Below, in pieces: positions 40,170 through 49,499 of a stretch of 64,000 nucleotides of DNA; the first letter of the stretch is position 1; each line of letters begins with the position of its first letter. The stretch comes from Flavobacteriales bacterium (GTDB lineage: Bacteria > Bacteroidota > Bacteroidia > Flavobacteriales > BACL11). The notes beneath the pieces are model-generated. The model was not told the DNA's origin. It saw nothing but the letters and a program-made list of their open reading frames with translations, and did no database searches. The translations under genes were made by a program, and so were the position numbers. The DNA lies in the NCBI GenBank assembly GCA_018647945.1, contig JABGSE010000034.1, positions 3,380 through 67,379 on the forward strand, given 5' to 3'.

Positions 40170-43100
40170 AAAAATATATATTAGTTCTTTTGATGTTTAA
40201 TGTTGCTCCACAATTTCTGATGGCGCAAAAGACAACACGAATTACAGAATTTTCAAGTGAAACAGATGTTTATTTACAACAATTAGATTTGTTTCTCAAT
40301 AAAAGTAAAAGTGAAGAATTTAAATTCATTACAAAACAAATTACCAAAGCATTTAATAATAGTACAATTTCCAAATTAAATCAGGAGAGAATTATAGGTA
40401 TTTCCAACAGAATGTTGAAACAGAAATTAAGACCATCTCCTTATTTCAAAACATTTTTTAATGTTGTTTTAATGTTTAATCAAAAAGATGAAAATAAAAA
40501 TTTATTTGATCAGTGGATTGTGGTTTACGATACAATGCTTACATCTTCAACATCAAAAAGATTAATGATTTTTTGTGATTTTACAACATCATTTATTCAG
40601 AATAAAACATTAAGAAATAGTAGGTCGGTAAGATGGTATGCTGATTACACAACATTCTCTTTTAAGGAAGATTTTGGAATTCCTTACATCCATTTTCCTT
40701 CTCCAATTAATTTGAATTGTTCAAATGATAATGGTTCTTTTTCTATTAAAAATACTATTGGTGATTTTTGGATTTTAACACATGAATTTAGTGGTGAAAA
40801 TGGAAAATTAGATTGGACAAGGAGAGGGTTTTCTTCCGATTCAATTTACGCAGTTTTGAAAAATTATAAATTAGATGTGAAAAAGCCACATTTTATTGCT
40901 GATTCGGCAATATTTTACAATAAATATTTATTTGACAAACCAATACAAGGACTTGTTGAAGATAAAGTGGTTCCTGGAAAATCTGCAAAATCTTATCCTT
41001 TATTTCGTTCAGAAAATACAAACGTTGTATTGGATGATATTTTTCCAGATGTGGATTATAAAGGAGGATATGTTTTTAAGGGCAAAGAATTTATTGCTGA
41101 TGGAGGAGATGATTCCTCTGCCAGAATACTTATAAAAAAGAATGGAAAGGTAATCCTAATTGCAAATGCGAATAGGTTCAGTATAAAAGACAATGAAATT
41201 TCCTCAACCTCTGCGGCTATTAAATTATTTTTTGATGAGGACTCAATTTACCACCCTTCAGTTCAGTTTTCCTACGATAAATCCAAAAGAAAATTACAAC
41301 TTTACAGAGATGGTAAAGGTGTTTCAGGTTCTCCAATTATCAATAGTTATCATCAGCTAACAATGGATGCAGAGCTTTTAGAATGGCAAATTGATGATGA
41401 ATTTATTTATTTAGGTTCAACTCCCGCAACATCAGTTTCTTCTGTTCAGTTTGAATCAATAGCAAATTATCAAGAAGCAAAGTTTCATGAGCTTCAGGGT
41501 ATTGATGCAATAAATCCTTTAATGCTTGTAAATAAATATGTGAAAAAATCAGGAAATAATGAGTTTTCTGCTCGGGATTTCGCTCATTTTTCAGGATATC
41601 CGGAAATACAGATTCAACATTATCTAATGAATTTGGCAAACAAAGGGTTTTTGTATTATAATATTGCTCAACACAGGGTTACTGTTCTGGAAAAACTAAA
41701 TAATTATGTAAATGCAAAACTACAGAAAGGTGATTATGATGTAATCCGATTTAGTTCTAATATAAAGCAAACTAGCGGTTCAGGTATGATTGTAAATTCA
41801 TCTATAAATTTAAACTCTAAAGATTTAGTAATACAAGGTGTCGGTATTGTTTCTTTGAGTGATTCCCAAAGGGTGTACATTCAGCCGTATAATGGAAAAA
41901 TAGAGCTAAAGAAAAATAGAGATTTTCAGTTTGATGGAAAAATTTCCGCAGGAAATGGAAGGTTTATTTTATTTGGTAAACAATTCAATTTTACATACGA
42001 TCAGTTTAAGGTAGATTTAAATCAGATTGATTCTGTGCAACTTTCTGTCCCTAAAATACCGATAGTAAGAGACATGTATGGTAACGAAAAGTTGGTAAGG
42101 GTGAAAACTGTTTTGGAGGCCGTTACAGGATATTTACGAATTGACCATCCAAACAATAAGTCCGGATTAAGAAAAGATAGTTTTCCTGAATATCCAATTT
42201 TTACAAGTTTTGAAGATTCATACGCTTATTATGATAGGTCTGGAACTTTTAATGGAGTGTACAATAGGGATGATTTTTCTTTTCACTTACAGCCATTCGA
42301 AATTGATAGTTTAGAGAATTTTACTGGTAAAGGATTACGATTTCCAGGGACTTTTGAATCTGCTAATATTTTTCCAATTTTTGATGATACTTTAACTTTG
42401 CAAAAGGATTATTCTTTAGGGTTTGATAGAGTAACTCCTGATCAAGGCTTTGAAATCTATGGAGGTAAGGCTCATTATTTTAATGAAATTCATTTGAGTC
42501 ATGAAGGATTGAAAGGAAAAGGAAAATTTGAATATTTAACTTCCGTTTCCAGTTCTGATGAAATTTATTTTTTCCCTGATTCTACTGCTCTCTTCACAAA
42601 AGAATTTACATTAAATAAAGTAGAAGAAGGGATTGAGTTTCCATCTGTAAAAAACAATGAGACGTTTGCTTTGTACTATCCATATAATGATAAATTCAAT
42701 ATTCACAAGATTGAAGAGGAGTTCAATTTTTATGATAGTCAAGCTACTTTTAATGGAGATATTTTATTGAAACCATCTGGATTGACTGGTGGGGGGGTAA
42801 TGACCTTGGACAAAGCAGAAATGGAATCTGATTTATTTTCCTATAATGCCAAATGGTTTGCTTCCGATACAGCAGATTTAAAGGTGTTTACGGATTTAGG
42901 AGGGATTTCATTTCAATCTAAAAATTTAAGAACACACATTGACTTGTACGAAAAAACGGGAGATTTTTATTCTAATGGAAAAGGATCATATGTAGATCTT
43001 CCGGCCAATAAATACATTTGTTTTATAGATAAACTTCATTGGGATATGAAAGAAAAAATGTTAACTCTTGGAGATCAAGAAGGCACATCAAAAGGAACGA

Positions 43101-44602
43101 AATTTGTTTCTATTCATCCTGGGCAGGACTCTCTTTCTTTTGTTGCGAAAACATCTACTTACGATTTGCAAGAAAATATTATTAATGTATTTGGAGTGAA
43201 TGAAATTCTGGTTGCAGATGTTGCTATCTATCCTTCAGAAGATGGTTTTTCTGTAGAGAAAAATGCTTTTATTCCAACAATTAGTGGTGCCAGAATTTTA
43301 GCAAATGTTCACACAAAATACCATGAATTTACAAATGCAAATGTAAATATTGATGGAGGAAATAAATATACTGCTTCTGCAGATTATACTTATGTTGACG
43401 CCCAAAAAGTGGAACAACATATCTTTTTTAGGGAGATAACAGTAAATGAGGATACTTCTACAATAGCAATTGGGGAGGTGGATAATGAGGATCCATTTAA
43501 AATTGGTTCAAAATTTAACTTTAAAGGAAATGTAAATTTAATGGCGGAAGACAGATATTTGACATTTGATGGATATCTGAATTTGAATAATAAATGTGAT
43601 TTAATTACTCAAGATTGGGTAAAGTTCCGTTCAGAAATTAACCCAAAACTTATCCGTATTAAACTAGATAGTGTATTGAGAAATGAGGATAAAGACAGAT
43701 TGGCAACTGGGATTCTGATGAACTTGGATTCTACTCATATGTATACTGCTTTTCTAAGTCCAAAGGAAAGGTCAATTGATGTTGAAATTATTAAGGCAAA
43801 TACATATTTGCGTTACGATAAACGACTTTCTTCCTTTATAATGGAAGGTAAAGATTCCATAGCAAATCTTTTTATTATAAATGAAAATACATGTAAATCT
43901 TCTGGAGAGGGGATGATTGATTTGAATTTAGATTTTGGACAACTTTCTGTGAAAAGTGCTGGATTTATTGAAAGAGATGAGAAAAATAACAATACCGAAC
44001 TTCAAGTATTTTTAATGTTAGATTTTATGTTTGAGAAAAAGGCAATGGAAGTAATGGCTAATGATATATATGAAGCTTTTGGTGAGGAAGAATATGTTTA
44101 CGGGGAATTTTACAGCAGAACTCTTGCTAGACTAGTAGGTAAAGAAAGATCGGAAGAAATGATTATTGATGTGGAATCGACAGATGAGTTTTCTTCTTTC
44201 CCTAAGGAATTAAATAAAACTTTGGTGTTTACAGATTTAACTTTGGTGTGGGATGATAAAAAACAATCTTATATAAATAAAGGGAAAATTGGAGTTGGAA
44301 ATATTTTTGGAAATCAGTTAAATAGCATAATGGATGGTTGGGTAAAATTGAGTAAAAAAGGGACTCATGATGAGTTGTATATATTATTGAAAACTGAATA
44401 TGGGGATATTTATTATTTTGAGTACAAGAATAATGTGATGTCTGCTTATTCCACAAATGACGATTTTAATAACATTATTATAGAAACCAAAGCGAAAAAG
44501 AGGCAAGCAGATAGAGGTAGAAATAAGCATCCTTATCGGTATGTTTACTGTTCTGAAGAAAAAATGGAGCGTTTTGAAAAAGAAATGCGTAAAAGAGATT
44601 AA
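40166..44602 (+). CDS. Very large (1478 aa) secreted protein of unknown function
   Basis: Uninterrupted ORF with an N-terminal signal peptide (MKKYILVLLMFNVAPQFLMAQ). Its start overlaps the prmA stop by 4 nt (ATGA). No catalytic or repeat motif recognised. Confidence 0.7.
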   Translation: MKKYILVLLMFNVAPQFLMAQKTTRITEFSSETDVYLQQLDLFLNKSKSEEFKFITKQITKAFNNSTISKLNQERIIGISNRMLKQKLRPSPYFKTFFNVVLMFNQKDENKNLFDQWIVVYDTMLTSSTSKRLMIFCDFTTSFIQNKTLRNSRSVRWYADYTTFSFKEDFGIPYIHFPSPINLNCSNDNGSFSIKNTIGDFWILTHEFSGENGKLDWTRRGFSSDSIYAVLKNYKLDVKKPHFIADSAIFYNKYLFDKPIQGLVEDKVVPGKSAKSYPLFRSENTNVVLDDIFPDVDYKGGYVFKGKEFIADGGDDSSARILIKKNGKVILIANANRFSIKDNEISSTSAAIKLFFDEDSIYHPSVQFSYDKSKRKLQLYRDGKGVSGSPIINSYHQLTMDAELLEWQIDDEFIYLGSTPATSVSSVQFESIANYQEAKFHELQGIDAINPLMLVNKYVKKSGNNEFSARDFAHFSGYPEIQIQHYLMNLANKGFLYYNIAQHRVTVLEKLNNYVNAKLQKGDYDVIRFSSNIKQTSGSGMIVNSSINLNSKDLVIQGVGIVSLSDSQRVYIQPYNGKIELKKNRDFQFDGKISAGNGRFILFGKQFNFTYDQFKVDLNQIDSVQLSVPKIPIVRDMYGNEKLVRVKTVLEAVTGYLRIDHPNNKSGLRKDSFPEYPIFTSFEDSYAYYDRSGTFNGVYNRDDFSFHLQPFEIDSLENFTGKGLRFPGTFESANIFPIFDDTLTLQKDYSLGFDRVTPDQGFEIYGGKAHYFNEIHLSHEGLKGKGKFEYLTSVSSSDEIYFFPDSTALFTKEFTLNKVEEGIEFPSVKNNETFALYYPYNDKFNIHKIEEEFNFYDSQATFNGDILLKPSGLTGGGVMTLDKAEMESDLFSYNAKWFASDTADLKVFTDLGGISFQSKNLRTHIDLYEKTGDFYSNGKGSYVDLPANKYICFIDKLHWDMKEKMLTLGDQEGTSKGTKFVSIHPGQDSLSFVAKTSTYDLQENIINVFGVNEILVADVAIYPSEDGFSVEKNAFIPTISGARILANVHTKYHEFTNANVNIDGGNKYTASADYTYVDAQKVEQHIFFREITVNEDTSTIAIGEVDNEDPFKIGSKFNFKGNVNLMAEDRYLTFDGYLNLNNKCDLITQDWVKFRSEINPKLIRIKLDSVLRNEDKDRLATGILMNLDSTHMYTAFLSPKERSIDVEIIKANTYLRYDKRLSSFIMEGKDSIANLFIINENTCKSSGEGMIDLNLDFGQLSVKSAGFIERDEKNNNTELQVFLMLDFMFEKKAMEVMANDIYEAFGEEEYVYGEFYSRTLARLVGKERSEEMIIDVESTDEFSSFPKELNKTLVFTDLTLVWDDKKQSYINKGKIGVGNIFGNQLNSIMDGWVKLSKKGTHDELYILLKTEYGDIYYFEYKNNVMSAYSTNDDFNNIIIETKAKKRQADRGRNKHPYRYVYCSEEKMERFEKEMRKRD

Positions 44603-44623
44603 TTATCTATATTCGCAAACTTA

Positions 44624-45244
44624 ATGTTAACCCAAGAAAATATCTTTTTTTTAATTTTGGCCTATCTGATAGGTTCGTTACCTTCTGCAGTGTGGTTAGG
44701 GAAAACATTTTATAATAAGGATGTAAGAGAATATGGAAGTGGTAATGCGGGAGCTACAAATACTTTTAGGGTATTGGGTAAAAAAGCGGGTATTCCTGTT
44801 TTACTGATGGATGTATTTAAAGGATGGTTTGCGGTTTATTTGGCGAGTTTTTCCGTTGCTGACAACGTTGAATCGCAATTGGCTTTTGGAATTGCGGCTG
44901 TTATTGGTCATTTATTTCCAATATATACTGGTTTCAGAGGTGGAAAAGGTATAGCGACTTTACTTGGATTTATGATTGGAGTTGAACCAATAGCTGCTGG
45001 TATTTGTGCTTTAATTTTTTTAATATCTTTTTTAATTTCAAAATATGTTTCTTTAAGTTCAATTTTCGCTTCTATTGCTTTTCCTCTAGTAATCGTATTT
45101 TCTTATGGTTATAATAATGTAAATTCCTCATTGTTTTTGTTCTCAATTTTCGTTCCAATTTTAGCGTTAATAACTCATCAAAAAAATATTGAAAGATTGA
45201 TAAGAGGAGAAGAAAATAAAGCTAAATTTGGTAAAAACAAATAA
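44624..45244 (+). CDS. plsY: Glycerol-3-phosphate acyltransferase PlsY
   Basis: 206 aa, polytopic, with the GSGNAGATN motif. Confidence 0.9.
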   Translation: MLTQENIFFLILAYLIGSLPSAVWLGKTFYNKDVREYGSGNAGATNTFRVLGKKAGIPVLLMDVFKGWFAVYLASFSVADNVESQLAFGIAAVIGHLFPIYTGFRGGKGIATLLGFMIGVEPIAAGICALIFLISFLISKYVSLSSIFASIAFPLVIVFSYGYNNVNSSLFLFSIFVPILALITHQKNIERLIRGEENKAKFGKNK

Positions 45245-45246
45245 CT

Positions 45247-45516
45247 ATGGATTATATACCAAACTCTTCATCTAAGCAAGGCAAGACATCACTGACAACC
45301 AAATCGTTAGTTTTATTGAATGATGATTTTAACGATTTTGATCATGTTATCGATTGTTTAGTTCTAGTTTGTGATCATACACAATTACAAGCAGAACAGT
45401 GTGCAGTAATCACTCACAATACTGGAAGTTGTACTGTGAAAAAAGGTTCATTTTTGGATTTAGTAAACTTTAAGAAAGACTTGTGTTTGTATGGTTTGGA
45501 ATTAGATATTAGATAG
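45247..45516 (+). CDS. clpS: ATP-dependent Clp protease adaptor ClpS
   Basis: 89 aa. The LVLLNDDFNDFDHVIDCLV...AEQCAVITHNTG pattern is typical of ClpS. Confidence 0.85.
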   Translation: MDYIPNSSSKQGKTSLTTKSLVLLNDDFNDFDHVIDCLVLVCDHTQLQAEQCAVITHNTGSCTVKKGSFLDLVNFKKDLCLYGLELDIR

Positions 45517-45572
45517 TTTCTTTCCAAGAAAATATTTTAAATTCTTTCTGTTATCCTTTTGCAGGGCTTTAA

Positions 45573-45580
45573 TATATTTG
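45573..45580 (+). promoter_or_regulatory. -7 box TATATTTG upstream of tRNA-Arg
   Basis: Exact TAnnTTTG, 11 nt before the mature tRNA 5' end. Confidence 0.55.
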
Positions 45581-45591
45581 CAAAATATTTT

Positions 45592-45665
45592 GGCTCTGTA
45601 GCTTAATTGGATAGAGCACCTGACTACGGATCAGGAGGTTGGGGGTTCGACTCCCTCCAGAGTCA
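45592..45665 (+). tRNA. tRNA-Arg (anticodon ACG)
   Basis: Hand-folded cloverleaf. Acceptor GGCTCTG/CAGAGTC plus discriminator A; anticodon stem CCTGA/TCAGG with loop CTACGGA; T arm GGGGG-TTCGACT-CCCTC. 74 nt with no encoded CCA. Confidence 0.93.
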
Positions 45666-45676
45666 CAATCAAATTT

Positions 45677-45707
45677 AAACAGACCTATTTTCAGGTCTGT
45701 TTTTTTT
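45677..45707 (+). terminator. Rho-independent terminator after tRNA-Arg
   Basis: Stem AAACAGACCT/AGGTCTGTTT with a 6-nt loop, followed by a T8 run. Confidence 0.8.
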
Positions 45708-45785
45708 GTTCAGAAATTAAAAACTTGATGTTAACAACCTTTCCAAAGCGGTAATAATCTGAAAGTATTAAATCCGTTTTAATCT

Positions 45786-45793
45786 TAATTTTG
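45786..45793 (+). promoter_or_regulatory. -7 box TAATTTTG upstream of the PTP-like/OmpA-CotH operon
   Basis: Exact TAnnTTTG, 24 nt before ATG 45818 and downstream of the tRNA terminator. Confidence 0.5.
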
Positions 45794-45817
45794 TGTAAAC
45801 CTTAAACCTTTTTTCTT

Positions 45818-47251
45818 ATGATTAAAAAATCCTTGTTATTTCTGCTCTTGTTTTCAATTAATTTTTCTTTTTCTCAAAATACTGATTCACTTATTATTAG
45901 TAAGGTAAATACTTACAAATTAAAGTATAAAGTAAATTGCGTGCAGGACAAGATAACTGATAATCAGGGAAATGGATTTGAAGATTTATACGGAACAAGA
46001 AACTTTAGAGCGATTTTACATGGAGTGGCTTACAGAGGTGGAGGGAATAATTACTATCACAGAACTGATAAACGAAACAATAAAAATCCTTTACCAATGG
46101 ATGGATTGAATAATTTATTAGAAAATGGATTTTCAACTTCAGTCTATTTGTATAGAGAAAACTTTGAGATTGCTCCGCCTTTTCTTACTCATAAAAAATC
46201 AGAAGATACGTTGCAATATTATCAACTTGGAGGTAATTCTCTTTCGTCACGTGATAGTATTTTAATGTTAACTTATAATTCAATTGTACATGAAAATATT
46301 GGTCCTGTTTATTTGCATTGCTGGAATGGATGGCACCAATCGGGATATGTAGCCGCTATTTTGTTAAAACAATTTTGTGGATATTCAACCGAAAAAAGTT
46401 TACACTATTGGGAAGATTGTGCCGATAATTGGACAAGAGGATATGATAGAATTAGGGATTCAATTCGGACTTTTGTTCCTTTAGAGAAATACAAAATTAG
46501 TAAAGAATTGAGTGACGCGATTTGTCCGTGTTATAATGACAGCAGGGCAAATGATATTGTAGAGAATAATAATGAGCAGTTGAAATCATTAAAAGTAAGT
46601 GTGAAGTTTCCTTTGGATGTATCGGATTTACCTCCTTCAGTTTCTACATTTTTGGATGAATATGCAAATATGTTAAAAGAAAATAAATATTTATCGGTAG
46701 AAGTTGGTGGTCATACTGATTGTAGTGGTAGAGAGGAATACAATTTGACTTTATCAGAAAATAGAGCAAAGAATGTTTATGAGTATATCCTTGTTCAAGG
46801 AGTTGATAGTTCTCAACTTAGCTATAAAGGATATGGAGAAACAGATCCTAAAAAAGTATGTTCAAATTGTTCGAACTGTCCAAAAGAGTTCCATGCTATA
46901 AACAGGAGAATAGAATTCAAAATTAAAAATATCTCATTCCAAATAAATTTTGAGAAAGGTAGTACAAAAATAAATGTAGAAGATAAAAAAGTATTAAACA
47001 ATATTTTATCGATACTTTCTTCTGACGATAACATAAAAATTGAAATTGGAGGTCATGCCGATAAAGGAACAGGAGATGATTTTATAAATGAGAATTTGTC
47101 ACACATTAGGGCCGAAAGTGTTTTCAATTATTTAAAAGACAATGGTTTGGACATGACAAATATCACTTTCAAAGGATACGGTTCCAAACAAGAAAAGTAT
47201 GGTGACCAGAGAGATAGAAGAATAGAATTCAAAATTTTAGAGGATGAATAA
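45818..47251 (+). CDS. Exported protein: PTP-like N-terminal domain plus two OmpA-C peptidoglycan-binding domains
   Basis: Signal peptide, then NFRAILHGVAYRGG and LHCWNGWHQSG (HCxxGxxQSG). Two OmpA-C repeats follow (GGHTDCSG...NRRIEFKI and GGHADKGTG...DRRIEFKI). Confidence 0.8.
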   Translation: MIKKSLLFLLLFSINFSFSQNTDSLIISKVNTYKLKYKVNCVQDKITDNQGNGFEDLYGTRNFRAILHGVAYRGGGNNYYHRTDKRNNKNPLPMDGLNNLLENGFSTSVYLYRENFEIAPPFLTHKKSEDTLQYYQLGGNSLSSRDSILMLTYNSIVHENIGPVYLHCWNGWHQSGYVAAILLKQFCGYSTEKSLHYWEDCADNWTRGYDRIRDSIRTFVPLEKYKISKELSDAICPCYNDSRANDIVENNNEQLKSLKVSVKFPLDVSDLPPSVSTFLDEYANMLKENKYLSVEVGGHTDCSGREEYNLTLSENRAKNVYEYILVQGVDSSQLSYKGYGETDPKKVCSNCSNCPKEFHAINRRIEFKIKNISFQINFEKGSTKINVEDKKVLNNILSILSSDDNIKIEIGGHADKGTGDDFINENLSHIRAESVFNYLKDNGLDMTNITFKGYGSKQEKYGDQRDRRIEFKILEDE

Positions 47252-49499
47252 AATTTGTACTGTTTTATTTGTTTTTCTTTCCTTTTTCTCTTTTTCTCAG
47301 CAAGATGTAAAATTTTCGCATGAAGCAGGATTTCATGAAAATCCATTTTATTTAAAAGTAGACAGCTCTTTTGGAACTATCCTTTTTTCTTTTCAAAATA
47401 ACTTGAATAGAAGAAGTAGAATTTTTTCAGACTCTTTATTAATTGATAAAAACACAACACTTTCTTTCGGATTATATGTTGGAGATTCTATTGTGAAATT
47501 GGGTAGTAAAAGTTATTTTATTGGTTTTGAAACTAAATTTGATGTTGTGTCACTTACCATTTCTCATAAAGCTTTGTACGATTCTGTTTCGGGAATTTAT
47601 ATGCACGGACCACATGCTTATTACGATACCAATTTACATGTAATGTTGAATTCTAATTATTCCAAAAAGTCCGAGAGAGAAATATATGTAGAAATTTTCG
47701 ATTCTTCTGGAAATAGAATTGTAAATCAGGATGCTGGAATCAGAATTTTTGGAGGAATGACAATTTATTATCCTGAAAAATCATTACGACTAATTGCTAG
47801 GAAAAAGTATGGAGAATCTAGATTTAAAGCAAATATTTTTAATCAGGGAAAAAAGAAGTATAAACAATTTATTTTACGACATTCTGGAAATGATTACAGG
47901 AGAACCAGATTTAAAGATGTACTTTCTACCACCTTAGCTGCTCAGTCTGGATTGGATGTGCAGGCTTTTGTTCCTTCTCATTTATTTGTCAATTCCGAAT
48001 ATTGGGGAGTGTATAATATCAGGGAAAAACTGAATGAATATTATATTGATAACAATTATGATTGTGGTACAGAAGGGGTTGATCTGTTACAAGCTTTTAA
48101 AAAGGTAGAAGAAGGAACAGTAGATAAATATGAAGAACTTTTAAATTTTATTGACAATAATAAAATGAAAGTTGATGAAAATTACAATCATCTTTCAACT
48201 TTAATGGATACCAGAAATTTTACCAATTATTGGATATATCAGATGTATTTTGGAAATACTGATGCTAGAGGCAATATTCGTTTTTGGAGATCGGATTCGT
48301 TAGATGGAAAATTCAGGTGGATTATTTACGATACTGATTTAGGTTGGGGGAATTACAAAAGTACTTTGTTAGATGATTTCACTTCTCCTATAAAAACAAA
48401 GTGGTATAATCCTACTTGGTCAACTTATTTATTGAGGAATTTACTAAAGAATAAAACTTTTGAAAGGGACTTTATAAATCAATCTGCATATTTGTTGAGT
48501 TCTTTGTTGAATACAGAAAATGTGCAAAATAAAATTTCAGAATTTGAAGAAATGTATAAACAGGAGATGGTTTATCATTTTGAGAACAGAAAGAAATTTC
48601 AATCGTATCAGGGCAATTTGAAGAAATGGCAAAAGGAAGTAAATCAATTAAAGTTTTTTGCACTAAAAAGAGATAATGCTCTTTTATCTCAAATTCAGAA
48701 GAAATTTCATTTTTCTGATCCTTATAACTTAAATATTTCAGTTGAAAATTCAGAAAACGGAAAAGTTCTATTGAATAATAATGAACTTATTAATTCAACT
48801 TTTTCTGGAACATTTTTTTCAGAATTAGATTTACCAATTTCTATCGTACCAAATGTAGGATATTCATTTTCAGGTTGCAACAAATCAATTATTGAAAATA
48901 AAAATGGAGAAAACATTTCCATTCATATAGTTTTTATTCAAAACCAAAAATCGGATAAAAAAGTTGTTATAAATGAGATTGATTACAAAAATGATTGCAT
49001 TGAAATATTTAATCAGGAAAATGAAAGTATTAACTTAAAAGCTTGGAAAATTGTAGATAAAAATAATAATGCTTATACAGTTGAAAATGGAATTCTTAAA
49101 CCAAAATCGTTTGCAGTTTTCCATTTAAAACAAGTTGAAAAAATGGATAGTGTTTTATATTACAATATTGATTTCGGAATTTCTTCTACTAACGAATGTA
49201 TTGCTTTGTATGATGGTAAAGGTAATTTTGTAGATAGTATAGCTTATAAACTTACTGAAATTGAAAATTCGTATTCCCGTAATATTCCTTTTGAAAATGT
49301 AGAACAAACAACAATTGTTTGGGAAAATAATTCGGATGTAACAATTGGTTTTCACAATGGAACTTATACAGAATTAACAACATCAATCCAGAAAAGAAAA
49401 ACCAAATATTCTATTATTTTATATTCCGGAATTACTATCCTTATACTTTTAATTTCCTTCTTTATTTATAGAAAAAAGAAATCTACTTTAAAATCTTAA
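47244..49499 (+). CDS. CotH-family (atypical kinase) protein with lamin-tail domain and C-terminal TM anchor
   Basis: Signal peptide, then CotH-like stretches RHSGNDYRRTRFKD, YWGVYNIREKLNEYYI and FRWIIYDTDLGWG. An LTD-like VVINEIDYKNDCIEIFNQ...LKAWKIVD and a C-terminal hydrophobic helix follow. Its start overlaps the upstream gene by 8 nt. Confidence 0.8.
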   Translation: MNKICTVLFVFLSFFSFSQQDVKFSHEAGFHENPFYLKVDSSFGTILFSFQNNLNRRSRIFSDSLLIDKNTTLSFGLYVGDSIVKLGSKSYFIGFETKFDVVSLTISHKALYDSVSGIYMHGPHAYYDTNLHVMLNSNYSKKSEREIYVEIFDSSGNRIVNQDAGIRIFGGMTIYYPEKSLRLIARKKYGESRFKANIFNQGKKKYKQFILRHSGNDYRRTRFKDVLSTTLAAQSGLDVQAFVPSHLFVNSEYWGVYNIREKLNEYYIDNNYDCGTEGVDLLQAFKKVEEGTVDKYEELLNFIDNNKMKVDENYNHLSTLMDTRNFTNYWIYQMYFGNTDARGNIRFWRSDSLDGKFRWIIYDTDLGWGNYKSTLLDDFTSPIKTKWYNPTWSTYLLRNLLKNKTFERDFINQSAYLLSSLLNTENVQNKISEFEEMYKQEMVYHFENRKKFQSYQGNLKKWQKEVNQLKFFALKRDNALLSQIQKKFHFSDPYNLNISVENSENGKVLLNNNELINSTFSGTFFSELDLPISIVPNVGYSFSGCNKSIIENKNGENISIHIVFIQNQKSDKKVVINEIDYKNDCIEIFNQENESINLKAWKIVDKNNNAYTVENGILKPKSFAVFHLKQVEKMDSVLYYNIDFGISSTNECIALYDGKGNFVDSIAYKLTEIENSYSRNIPFENVEQTTIVWENNSDVTIGFHNGTYTELTTSIQKRKTKYSIILYSGITILILLISFFIYRKKKSTLKS

